Shown piece by piece: positions 29,768 to 39,101 of a stretch of 64,000 bases of DNA (the first letter of the stretch is position 1; each line of letters begins with the position of its first letter). Both the position numbers and the translations under genes were made by a program. The notes beneath the pieces are model-generated. The model did no database searches and was not told the origin of the DNA. It saw only the letters and a list, made by a program, of their open reading frames with translations. The DNA lies in contig CAVUDW010000003.1 in NCBI GenBank assembly GCA_963740355.1, forward strand, positions 160,001-224,000. Reading direction: 5' to 3'. Source of the stretch: an uncultured Gemmatimonadaceae bacterium (GTDB taxonomy: Bacteria; Gemmatimonadota; Gemmatimonadetes; Gemmatimonadales; Gemmatimonadaceae).

Positions 29768-30770
29768 ATGCCCGTATCAGCAGCAGAGTCGTACCTCGCG
29801 CATCAGCCGATCGGTCGCTTCGTCTTCGAAGACGGCACCGTGGTCGAGCAAGCCGCCTTCACGTATGCGCTGCGCCAGCCAGAGGGCATCAGCGAAGGCC
29901 TGGTGATCATCTGCCCGTCGCTCACCGGCACACCGCAGATCCTGCAGGACTGGTGGGCCGATGTTGGACCGGCCCTCGCCCGAGAGCGATACACCACGCT
30001 CTATCCGCATGGCTTCAGCGAGAGCGACGCTGCGCCCCCTGCACCGCAGCCGTCCGCCGAGCATTCGGGATCTGGCGCGCGGCATCGTTGCCTTGGCGCG
30101 CGCGCTTGGCTTGCCAAAGGCGACCTTCGTCACCGGCGGATCCCTCGGTGGAATGCTGGCACTGGAAGTTGGTGTGGAAAGTGGTGCGCCGACCCACGCG
30201 CTGGTGATTGCGGCGCCCGCGACCCAGACCGCCTGGGCCGCCGGCTGGAACGCGATCCAGATTCAGGCGATGGAAGTTGCCGGCGACGAGCGCGGCATGC
30301 TCATCGCTCGCGCGGTCGGCATGATGACGTATCGCACCGAGCGCGAGTTCGAATCACGCTTCGGCGTTGACGCGGAGGCGAACGATGGTCGCACCATGGC
30401 TGGGTATCTGGCGCATCATGGCCGCAAGCTGGTGGACCGGTTCGATCCGCTGGAGTACGAGCGGCGCGTGCGCGCGATGGATACACACGATGTCGGCCGC
30501 AATCGCGGCGGCTGGCGCGAGGCACTCGCCGCCCACGCCGACCGTCTGACAGCGGTCGGCATCGCCGGCGATGCGCTCTACAGCGCCGAGATCGTGGAGC
30601 GATGGGCGTTGGCCGTGGGCGCCGGTTTCGCACTCATGACTTCCATTCACGGGCATGACGCATTTCTGCTCGAACGTGAGCAGATGCGGGCAGTGATCGA
30701 GGCCGCATTCGAGCGAGCCGTGACCTCGATCAGCGCGTCGACCCAGCGCCAGCGATCACTCGCTGGTTGA
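29768..30770 (+). pseudogene. metX: Homoserine O-acetyltransferase, split by an apparent 1-nt insertion near 30020-30025 (possible assembly error)
   Basis: Frame 1 has GRFVFEDG, CPSLTG and DWW. Frame 2 has SIRD, GGSLGGM, AMDTHDVGR, DALY and HGHDAFL. Confidence 0.82.
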
Positions 30771-32399
30771 GGAGTCGGACGACGTGCGAGCGGTTGGTAA
30801 GGCGGAGGAAAGTGTGGCCCACCCGTTGCGGAACGGGTGTTGTGCCACGACACCGCCGATGACCGGCTTGTCGCGGCCGCGATCGTAGCGCAGCAGCAAT
30901 CCATTCGCATGCGACTGCAGCCACGCGGGCGCATCCTGCTTGGCAATCGGTTCGATGCGGACGTCGCGCAGCTGGCCTTCGAAGTGATACTCACCGTTGT
31001 AGGCCCCCACCATCGCCACCGGGTGCCCAGCGGCCAGCGCTGCCTTCACGGCGGCCGCCATCGGCGCGGTGTCGTACGGCACGGTGCCGGCACGCGCGGC
31101 GGCCAGTTGCAGGCCAACGAGCAGCACCGTGACGCTCACGGCAATCGCGTGCACCGCCGCGTTGCGCGTGATGCGTCCGCGTTGCCATGCCACCAGCATC
31201 ACGGCCGCGCCGATCGGCACCAGCACCCATCCCCAGACGATCGGTCCGTGCGGCCACCAGATCGCCTTTGCCGCCAGATTGGTCGTGGCAGCCGCGATGA
31301 TCACACCGCACAGCACCACGATCCCTGCGGCAACGACCCACGGCCGACCAAGCGGCGCGGCTTCACGCAGACTCAAGCCACGCGAGAGCAACAGTGCGAT
31401 CGCAGGGACCAGCGGCAACAGATAGTGCAACTGCTTGCCGCTGACGAGTGAAAAGGCAACGAAGCCTGACGCCGCCCAGACGAGACAGAAACGCACGCCC
31501 GCATCACGCGGCGCGAGTCGCAACGCACCAAGGGCACGCCACGACTCCGGCCACATGAACCAGGGGAAGAGCAGCGCCGGCAACAACGGCACGTACCAGA
31601 GCAGGCCACGACGGTGCGCGAAGCTCTGTGTCATGCGACCGGTCGTCTGGCCAAGGAAGATCGCGTGCTGATAGGCTGGCCCACCGGAGATGCCGGCAGG
31701 AATCGCCCACAGCAGTGCCCCAGCCGCGCCGAGCAGCACCGCACCGAGCAGCGAGGCGTACCAGGTGCCCCATCGGCGGTCGGCGCGCGGCGTCGCCCAC
31801 CATGGCGCAGCCAGTGCCACCGGCAGCACGTGGATGAAGATCACGGGCCCCTTCGACAACACACCAAGCGTGATGCCGGCCGCAAGCAGAAAGATTCCGC
31901 GGCGCTGTCCCCGCTCCACGGCGCGCACGATGCCGAGCAACGCCAACAGCGAACTGCAGGCCAGCAGCGTGTCGAACATGAACAACGAGCCGAATGATGC
32001 CCAGAGCAGTGCGCCGACCGTGATCACGGGGGCCCAGCCGCGCGTACGTGCATCGTGCGGCCACAGCAACCGTGCCAGTGACGCGGTCAACACCAGCGCC
32101 ACGACACCGGCCAATGGCGCCACCAATCGCGCCCAGACTGCGCTGACACCGAACACCTTCCAGCCCAGCATCACGAGCCAGAACAGCAGTGGCGGCTTGT
32201 GGCTGTACGTCGCGCCGTTGAGGTGCGGTACCAACCAGTCGCCGCGCTGCATCATCTCGAGTGCGACCGCCGCGTAGCGTGTCTCGTCGATCGCCAGCAA
32301 GGGACGCGTGTACAGCCCGACGACGGTGATGAGTGCAATCAGGAGCGACGCCACGGTCACCCCGCCACCACGGGGCGCCTGCGACTCGTACACGGTCAC
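30756..32399 (-). CDS. ArnT-like (GT83/PMT_2) membrane glycosyltransferase
   Basis: DETRYA, GDWLVPHLNG..Y.HKPPL..W, LSKGP, K.LHYLLP. Confidence 0.88.
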   Translation of the reverse strand: MTVYESQAPRGGGVTVASLLIALITVVGLYTRPLLAIDETRYAAVALEMMQRGDWLVPHLNGATYSHKPPLLFWLVMLGWKVFGVSAVWARLVAPLAGVVALVLTASLARLLWPHDARTRGWAPVITVGALLWASFGSLFMFDTLLACSSLLALLGIVRAVERGQRRGIFLLAAGITLGVLSKGPVIFIHVLPVALAAPWWATPRADRRWGTWYASLLGAVLLGAAGALLWAIPAGISGGPAYQHAIFLGQTTGRMTQSFAHRRGLLWYVPLLPALLFPWFMWPESWRALGALRLAPRDAGVRFCLVWAASGFVAFSLVSGKQLHYLLPLVPAIALLLSRGLSLREAAPLGRPWVVAAGIVVLCGVIIAAATTNLAAKAIWWPHGPIVWGWVLVPIGAAVMLVAWQRGRITRNAAVHAIAVSVTVLLVGLQLAAARAGTVPYDTAPMAAAVKAALAAGHPVAMVGAYNGEYHFEGQLRDVRIEPIAKQDAPAWLQSHANGLLLRYDRGRDKPVIGGVVAQHPFRNGWATLSSALPTARTSSDSSTSE

Positions 32400-32406
32400 G
32401 TGCGGC

Positions 32407-32721
32407 TCAACGTTCGGTGTTGTCCGCGGACGGAGTCGGCATCGCGTCGCCCTGTCCGTCGCGACGCGGGCGCATGATCAGCATCAGGTTGCGCACGTAC
32501 ACCAGCAGGCCGGCGGCCTGGCCTACCATGAAGACCTTGTCCTGTCGATGTATCGCATAGGCGAGCAGGATAACACCGCCGCCCAGCGAGAAGTACCAGA
32601 ACGCAACCGGCGTCACACTCTTCCGACGTTTCTCGCTCACAAGCCACTGGATGATGAATCGCGCCGAGAACAGCGATTGCCCAAGAAAACCGATGCCGAG
32701 CCACAGGTTCGAGCTCTCCAT
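32407..32721 (-). CDS. Lipid A biosynthesis N-terminal (LAB_N) domain protein
   Basis: GFLGQSLFSARFIIQWLVSEK...P.AFWYFSL.G...D.VF..GQ...Y.RNL. Confidence 0.88.
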   Translation of the reverse strand: MESSNLWLGIGFLGQSLFSARFIIQWLVSEKRRKSVTPVAFWYFSLGGGVILLAYAIHRQDKVFMVGQAAGLLVYVRNLMLIMRPRRDGQGDAMPTPSADNTER

Positions 32722-33545
32722 CAGCCGCCCCCGGTGCGCTTCCGTTCCGGGTGCTCACTGACGATCGGCACCTTCGCCCGCCGTGCAAGCCACACCACGC
32801 CTGCCATATCGACGAGACCAGTCCAGAGGCGATTCATCAAGCCGTAGTGCGACTGCCCCCGTGTGCGCGGGCGATGGTTGACCGGCACCGACTCGATCGT
32901 TCCCCCTTCTCGCCGCACCAGTGCCGGCATGAACCGGTGCATGTGGTCGAAGTACGGCAGTGCGACGAAGGTCGCGCGCGAATAGACCTTCAGTCCACAC
33001 CCGGTATCCGGCGTGCCATCGCGCAACAGCCGTGAGCGCACACCATTGGCAATCCGCGACTGCCAGCGCGTGAAGCCGGTATCGCGCCGCTTCGTTCGCC
33101 AGCCGGCGATCAGGACGCAGTCATCGCCCCGCTGCGCCGCCAGCGAGCAGGCGCGTGTCAGCAGCGCAGGAATGTCGGCGGGATCGTTCTGCCCGTCGCC
33201 GTCGAGGGTGGCGATCCATCGGCCTCGCGCTGCAAGCACACCAGTGCGAATCGCGGTGCTCTGCCCCGCGCTGCGGTCGTGGCGCAACACGCGCAACGCG
33301 GTGACCTGTGGCTGCATCAGTCGCAGCGCATCACCGGTGCCGTCACTGCTGCCATCATCGACATAGATGATCTCATACGACACGACACCCGAGAGCGCAG
33401 CCACGATCTCGGTGATGAGCGGCTCGATGTTCTCGCTCTCGTTGTGTACCGGCACCACGACGGAGAGTTCGAGCCACGGCTCGCGCGCGGCCTGCGCAGA
33501 CGCAGACCGCTCGGCAGGTGCGACGATATCTGTTGGATTTCGCAT
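32721..33545 (-). CDS. GT2 polyprenyl-phosphate glycosyltransferase (ArnC/DPM1-like)
   Basis: SVVVPVHNE, VDDGSSD, GQSTA, LDGDGQNDP, DTGCGLK, HRFMP, VNHRPR. Confidence 0.9.
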   Translation of the reverse strand: MRNPTDIVAPAERSASAQAAREPWLELSVVVPVHNESENIEPLITEIVAALSGVVSYEIIYVDDGSSDGTGDALRLMQPQVTALRVLRHDRSAGQSTAIRTGVLAARGRWIATLDGDGQNDPADIPALLTRACSLAAQRGDDCVLIAGWRTKRRDTGFTRWQSRIANGVRSRLLRDGTPDTGCGLKVYSRATFVALPYFDHMHRFMPALVRREGGTIESVPVNHRPRTRGQSHYGLMNRLWTGLVDMAGVVWLARRAKVPIVSEHPERKRTGGG

Positions 33546-33731
33546 ATCGATGACTGAGCAGCGGAGGAAGTCTCCGCATCCTTGAATGGTAAGTGAATCC
33601 GAAGTGGTGGGCGACCAGCCAGTTGGCCGGGTTGGCGGGTGGCGCCAGACTCGGCAATCGCCCATCCTGCGGGACCTCTCCACGTACACTTGAGACCGAA
33701 AATCCGCTGATATGTCATCTCCCCTGTTCGA

Positions 33732-34757
33732 GTGCCCTCGGCGCCCCGCCTCGCTCCGGCCGCAATCGCGTTGATCCCGACCATCATCCTGCGTCAGGTG
33801 CGCCGCGGCTTCGGCCTGCCGCGGGGCTCGGTGCGCGTGCTCAGCACACGTTTCGGCAAGGTCTGCCTCGCGCACCGGGCGAGCGACGGAACGCACACGC
33901 AGTTGCGGTTAGTGCAGGAAGTCGCGGACACGGCGTCACGGCTCGAGTCGGAGACAGCGTGGCTCACATATCTCGCCTCCCGCCACGCTCTCGCAGTCCC
34001 GGTGCCGATGCGCTGGGGTGGCGGTGCGATGGTCTCACCGCGACTGTCCGATGGCACCGATCAACCATGGCGCGCGATTGCCTGCAGCTGGGTCGCGGGA
34101 CGGCACCTCAACCGCGGGCTTCGCGCGAACGACTTCGTGCGCGCAGGTGCGTTGCTTGCTCACCTCCACCTGGCCAATCGCGATGCCCCCGAAGCGATTG
34201 CCGCGGCACGGCCCACGTGGGGTGTGCCGCGACTGTTCGAGCTGGCCACGACACTGCGCGACCTGATTCGCGCCGGCGCAGAGCCGCCAGCCGTGTCGAC
34301 TGCGCTCGCCGAGGCATTGCGCGGCGCACACAGTGCGCTGATGCAGGCGTGGGATGCGCTCCCAGCCGGACCGACCGACGTCGGCCTGATTCACACGGAT
34401 GCGCACTGGCAGAATCTGCGCTGGACCCGTGGCCGCGTCGGCCTGGTCGACTTCGAGGACTTCGCCACCGGGCGCTTCATGCTCGACATCGCCTGCCTGT
34501 GGGGCAAGGTCGAATTTCAGCCCGGCAGCCGAGCCTTTCTCGTCGCAATCCTCGAGGGCTACGACAGTGTGCGGCCGCTGCCTGGTGGGGCGCGGCGTGA
34601 CCTGCACGTGATGCTGGCCTTTCGTCGCTTCGACTACGCCGGCTGGGTGCTGAGCTGGCCCCGCGTCGACCTGCACCACTGGGGACCGGACCTGCTTCGT
34701 ACGGCGCCGGAGTACATGCGAGCACATCTCGCGGCCGCAGCCGCGTCAGCGAGCTGA
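33732..34757 (+). CDS. Aminoglycoside-phosphotransferase/choline-kinase-fold phosphotransferase
   Basis: E.AWL, LAHLH, LIHTDAHWQN, VDFED. Confidence 0.8.
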   Translation: MPSAPRLAPAAIALIPTIILRQVRRGFGLPRGSVRVLSTRFGKVCLAHRASDGTHTQLRLVQEVADTASRLESETAWLTYLASRHALAVPVPMRWGGGAMVSPRLSDGTDQPWRAIACSWVAGRHLNRGLRANDFVRAGALLAHLHLANRDAPEAIAAARPTWGVPRLFELATTLRDLIRAGAEPPAVSTALAEALRGAHSALMQAWDALPAGPTDVGLIHTDAHWQNLRWTRGRVGLVDFEDFATGRFMLDIACLWGKVEFQPGSRAFLVAILEGYDSVRPLPGGARRDLHVMLAFRRFDYAGWVLSWPRVDLHHWGPDLLRTAPEYMRAHLAAAAASAS

Positions 34758-34788
34758 GGCTGACTCACCGTCGGCGTGGGCCGTCGAC

Positions 34789-35535
34789 TCACGACGGACC
34801 GCGCGGGACGACCTTGAGTGACATCGTGTCGACTGCCGCCAGCGACAAGGTGTCGACGCGAAGTGGCGTCCGCTTGTCTCCGAACTCAACTGGCGTCTCG
34901 CCATCACCGAACCCCGCGACGAGAATCTTCCCGCCCTCGATCCGGCCGAGTGCGTGCAGCGCGCGGAAGACCTGCCCGCGGGCGGGATCGACCACCGTGA
35001 CGTGCAGGCTGCCCTGTCCCCCATCGCGCATGTGCACCAGCAACGCGCGGCGGCCAGCCACCTCCAGCAGCTCCACCCGAACGATCGGGAAGTAGTCCGC
35101 GACCACCCGTCGGCGCGCGCCCGTGGCAAGATCGATGACCGTCAGCGATTGCCCTTCATTCTCGAAGCCGCCGGCACCGTCCAGCCCCGAGACCGCCACC
35201 AGGCCGCCGCCGAGTTTCCAGACACGGTACGCGCTGTCGCTGACGACGATCGTATCGCCGGACGTGAGCGTCACCACGGCTGGGCCGACGCCGAAACTGG
35301 TCGTGTCGCGTCGCACGACGATGCGGCTCACACTGACGTTCGGGCGGGCGGGCAGCGCGGTCAGTTCCAGCGGCATCACGGGAACCGGGGCCGGCCGCTC
35401 GACGGTCGGGGCGGCGGCCGAATCCTTCCGCGGCGCATCGGCGCCAGGTCCGGCGCAGCCGGAAAATCCGACGATGGCGACAGCCGCCAACAACGCGACC
35501 TGTCGCCCTGACGTAGGTAGGTGGAGTGGCGTCAT
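34789..35535 (-). CDS. Hypothetical lipoprotein
   Basis: Lipobox FSGC after a hydrophobic stretch, then a Pro/Ala linker and DGAGGFENEGQSL. Confidence 0.65.
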   Translation of the reverse strand: MTPLHLPTSGRQVALLAAVAIVGFSGCAGPGADAPRKDSAAAPTVERPAPVPVMPLELTALPARPNVSVSRIVVRRDTTSFGVGPAVVTLTSGDTIVVSDSAYRVWKLGGGLVAVSGLDGAGGFENEGQSLTVIDLATGARRRVVADYFPIVRVELLEVAGRRALLVHMRDGGQGSLHVTVVDPARGQVFRALHALGRIEGGKILVAGFGDGETPVEFGDKRTPLRVDTLSLAAVDTMSLKVVPRGPS

Positions 35536-35652
35536 GCGTGCAGGATAGTCACCACGGCAGGGCGCTGATACGGCACCGACAGCGGCGCACATTGACAGAT
35601 TGCCCGATCTGGCGTGCAGATTTGTGTACGAACCCCACCGGAGGCAGGAACA

Positions 35653-35835
35653 GTGAAGGACAACCAGCTCCAGAAGCTGCTCAAGAAGACGCAGGCGCAG
35701 GCCGCCGCGAAGGCCGCAAAGCCACGTCCATCGTTCGACGCCACGTTAGAAGCGACCAAGAAGCCGGGCGGCGAAGACGGCCCTGGGGCCGACGCGGAAG
35801 AGATCTTCAAGGAGATGAAGCGTCGGGAGTTCTGA
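35653..35835 (+). CDS. Small charged hypothetical protein (60 aa)
   Basis: GGAGG RBS, GTG start, GC-ending codon usage, ends IFKEMKRREF. Confidence 0.6.
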   Translation: MKDNQLQKLLKKTQAQAAAKAAKPRPSFDATLEATKKPGGEDGPGADAEEIFKEMKRREF

Positions 35836-35901
35836 TGCGATGATGGGGGCTGCCCCCATCTGGTGACGGCGAGGGGCATCGACATTCCTTGCGTGGGTCC
35901 T

Positions 35902-35928
35902 TCAAACACCCCGGGAAGCGGTCGATAC
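35902..35928 (+). promoter_or_regulatory. Putative sigma-28 (FliA) promoter of the GGDEF-EAL gene
   Basis: TCAA-N15-GTCGATAC, 10 nt before the ATG. Confidence 0.5.
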
Positions 35929-35938
35929 CCCAAGGGAG

Positions 35939-38638
35939 ATGCTGCACTCTCCCCACGCCCCGCGACTCGACCGCGGCTCAGTCCTCACGCTCAGTCGTGT
36001 GCGGATTGCCTGCGTCGTCGTCATCCTGCTGCTGTGTGTGACCGCCACGCTGGCCGGCCTTGGCCTGTCCTGGTATGCCGCGCTCCTGACGCTGGCGTGG
36101 CTGGTGGCGTCGGGGGTCCAGGACCGCCTGCTTGCCGCACGCCATGACGCGGCACGTGTCGAGCGACTCGTCTTCGGCTCGCTCTGCCTCGACGGCACGA
36201 TGGTCGCGGCCCTTGTCGCATTCACTGGCGGTATCTGGTGGTGCGGTTCGGTGATGTTCGCGATCGTGACGGTGGCGGCTGCATCGCTACTGCCTCGGAA
36301 TCGGGTCCTGTTGGTCGGGCTGGTCTGCGGCGTCTCGTCACTGCTTTTCGCCGGCTTGCAGGTCGCTGGGCACCTGCCCAGCAGCGCATTCCTCAACGCT
36401 CCCACGATGCGTGGCGCCTGGTCGGCGGCGATCGCCGGCTCGATCCTGGTGTCGATCGAGATGTATGGGCTGGGGTGGACCCAGTACAACCTCACGATCC
36501 TGCTCCGCCATCGCGCGACTCGGTATCGAGCGCTGATGGATACGGCGTCCGACCTGTTCATCGTCCTGACGGCGGAGGGCCGCATCACGCACGTGAATCG
36601 TGCGACGCTCGCCCTCTCGCAGTGCGAACGCAAGGAGATGCTGCGCGACGGAATCGGCCGCCTGTTGGTGGACGAGGATGTGGCATTCTTCCGCAGTCGC
36701 GTGACCCGCGCCATCGGCGGCGAGCAGCAGACGATGATGCTGCGCGCGAAGGCCTATCATGGCATCCGGTGGCTGTCATGCACGCTGGCGCCGATGTCCC
36801 CTGGGCATCGCACGACGGACCTGCTCGCGATCTTCAGGGATGTCACCGATGACCGCCTCGCGGCTGACACAGTGCGCAGCAGTGAAGCGCGGTTGCGCGC
36901 GGTGTTCAACCAGGCCGCCATCGCCATCGCACTGCTCGATCTCGACGGCTTCTTCGTCGAGGTGAATCCGGCGGTGGAGCGGCTGCTCGGGTACGATGGC
37001 GTGAGCCTCATCGGACGTCGATGGAATGCATTCTCTCCGCCGGAGGACCTCGAAGGCACCGCCTCGATGATCTCCGAATTGAAGGGGCATCAGCGCGACA
37101 ACGTGACGATCGAGCAACGGTTCGTGCGCAACGACGGCCGCGTGTTGTGGACCATGCTCACGATCTCGCGCGTCGACAACCCGACCGGATCCGCTGGCCT
37201 GATCGCGATGTTGCAGGACATCACGGAGCGCCGGGCACTCGAGGCGCAGCTGACCTGGCAGGCGTATCACGACCCACTCACCAACCTCGCCAATCGTGCG
37301 CTCTTCCGCGAGCGCGTGGATCGCGCCCTGACGCAGCGCGACGCGACGCCTGGCACGGTCGCGGTGCTGTTTCTCGATCTCGACAACTTCAAGACCATCA
37401 ACGATTCGATGGGCCACGCAGCTGGCGACCTGCTGCTGTTCGAAGTCGGACGGCGCCTGCTCAACGCGACGCGTGGCTGTGACACCGTGGCGCGGCTCGG
37501 CGGCGACGAGTTTGCGATCCTGATCGACAACGTGCGGGCGGCCAGCGACTGCGTGCGCGTGGCGGAACGCATCCTGCACTCGATGCAGACCCCCGTGCAG
37601 CTCGACGGCGCGGAAGTGACCGTCAGCACCAGCATCGGCATCGTTCGCGATGCAGGCGATGAAACGGCGGACGATATCCTGCGCAATGCCGACGTGGCGA
37701 TGTACAACGCCAAGCAACGCGGCAAGGGACGCCATTCGTTGTTCGAGCCCGGGATGCACGACAAGGCCGTGGAGCGACTGCGATTGCAGACCGACCTGCG
37801 GACAGCGATCGAGAACAACGAGATCACGCTCTGCTTCCAGCCCATCGTCTGGCTCGAGGACAGCAAGCCGTGCGGTTTCGAGGCCCTCGCGCGCTGGACG
37901 CACCCGGAATTCGGCTCCGTTCCGCCAAGCACCTTCGTGCCACTGGCGGAAGAAACCGGCATGATCGTCGCGCTGGGATCCAGCCTGCTCCGGCAAGCCT
38001 GTCACGAAGCCACGATCTGGAACGAGACACCAGGGCTTCGACACCCGATCGGCATCACCGTCAATCTCTCCGGGCGCCAGCTCGAGGAAACGTCGGTGGT
38101 GGCCCACGTCCGCGAGGCGTTGCAATTCAGCGGACTCGATCCGGCGCGCCTGACGCTCGAGATCACGGAGACCGCGCTCGTGCACAACTCGGAGACGATG
38201 CGCGAGCGACTCTTCCAGCTCAAGGAACTCGGCGTCTCACTGGCGATCGATGACTTCGGCACCGGCTACAGTTCGCTGAGTTACATCCAGCAGTTCCCAG
38301 TCGATGTGCTGAAGATCGATCGCAGCTTCGTGGAGGGACTCGGTCGCTCGACCGGCACGGATGCGGCGCTGGCACGGACAATCATCGCGCTGGGTGCCTC
38401 ACTGCGCCTTCGCACCGTGGCCGAAGGGATCGAGGACGAGGCGCAACGCGCGATCCTGCGCGAGCTCGGGTGCGAACTTGGCCAGGGATATCTCTACGCC
38501 AAGCCAATGCTCGCGGAAGAAGTCCGGCCGTGGTTGATCGAGGCACTCGGCATCGTCCGGCCGCGCCCGATGCACAGCGACGGGACGATACGCCCGACGC
38601 CGCGCATCACCGGCGACATGGTGCGAATCAGCGCTTGA
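35939..38638 (+). CDS. Membrane-bound PAS-PAS-GGDEF-EAL c-di-GMP metabolism protein
   Basis: N-terminal TMs, two PAS domains, HDPLTNLANR, RGCD I-site, GGDEF, FEALARW, DDFGTGYSSL, KIDRSF. Confidence 0.93.
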   Translation: MLHSPHAPRLDRGSVLTLSRVRIACVVVILLLCVTATLAGLGLSWYAALLTLAWLVASGVQDRLLAARHDAARVERLVFGSLCLDGTMVAALVAFTGGIWWCGSVMFAIVTVAAASLLPRNRVLLVGLVCGVSSLLFAGLQVAGHLPSSAFLNAPTMRGAWSAAIAGSILVSIEMYGLGWTQYNLTILLRHRATRYRALMDTASDLFIVLTAEGRITHVNRATLALSQCERKEMLRDGIGRLLVDEDVAFFRSRVTRAIGGEQQTMMLRAKAYHGIRWLSCTLAPMSPGHRTTDLLAIFRDVTDDRLAADTVRSSEARLRAVFNQAAIAIALLDLDGFFVEVNPAVERLLGYDGVSLIGRRWNAFSPPEDLEGTASMISELKGHQRDNVTIEQRFVRNDGRVLWTMLTISRVDNPTGSAGLIAMLQDITERRALEAQLTWQAYHDPLTNLANRALFRERVDRALTQRDATPGTVAVLFLDLDNFKTINDSMGHAAGDLLLFEVGRRLLNATRGCDTVARLGGDEFAILIDNVRAASDCVRVAERILHSMQTPVQLDGAEVTVSTSIGIVRDAGDETADDILRNADVAMYNAKQRGKGRHSLFEPGMHDKAVERLRLQTDLRTAIENNEITLCFQPIVWLEDSKPCGFEALARWTHPEFGSVPPSTFVPLAEETGMIVALGSSLLRQACHEATIWNETPGLRHPIGITVNLSGRQLEETSVVAHVREALQFSGLDPARLTLEITETALVHNSETMRERLFQLKELGVSLAIDDFGTGYSSLSYIQQFPVDVLKIDRSFVEGLGRSTGTDAALARTIIALGASLRLRTVAEGIEDEAQRAILRELGCELGQGYLYAKPMLAEEVRPWLIEALGIVRPRPMHSDGTIRPTPRITGDMVRISA

Positions 38639-39101
38639 CCGTCTTGGTCGCGGGCTTGGTGGCGACCTTCTTTGCCGGCGCCAGTCGAGTCCGCCCGTTG
38701 CGCGCCTTGGACGCCATGTCCGCGACCGTCTGGTGCTCGAGCAGGAATGCGACCTTCTCGCGCAAGGGCATCCACCGCTCGTGAATCGGGCAGGCCGCGT
38801 GGTCGGTGCACTTGCTGAGGCCAAGCAGGCATCCCGTGAACGGATCGTTGCCATCGGCCACCGTCACGATCTCACGCACCGGTGCATCAAGGGCGCGCTT
38901 CCGGATGCGATACCCGCCCCCACGGCCCTTGGCGCTATCGAGGTAGCCCAGCTGCGCGAATCGCTTCAGCACCTTCGCCAGATACGGCCCGGGCACCTCG
39001 AGGTGCGTGGCGACATCACGGTTGAGCCGGAACACGCTGGGGGTCAGCGCGAGGTGGATCAGCGCCTGCAGCGCGTATTCTTGCGTCTTGCTGAAGAGCA
39101 C
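38628..39101 (-). CDS. Rrf2-family transcriptional regulator with Fe-S cysteine triad
   Basis: FSKTQEYALQAL, YLAKVL, SAKGRGGGY, CLLGLSKCTDHAACPIH. Confidence 0.88.
   Translation of the reverse strand: MLFSKTQEYALQALIHLALTPSVFRLNRDVATHLEVPGPYLAKVLKRFAQLGYLDSAKGRGGGYRIRKRALDAPVREIVTVADGNDPFTGCLLGLSKCTDHAACPIHERWMPLREKVAFLLEHQTVADMASKARNGRTRLAPAKKVATKPATKTVKR

Noticed and set aside
33732..34757. Aminoglycoside resistance call for the APH-fold kinase
   Set aside because: The fold is shared by many small-molecule and stress kinases, and nothing in the sequence specifies an antibiotic substrate.
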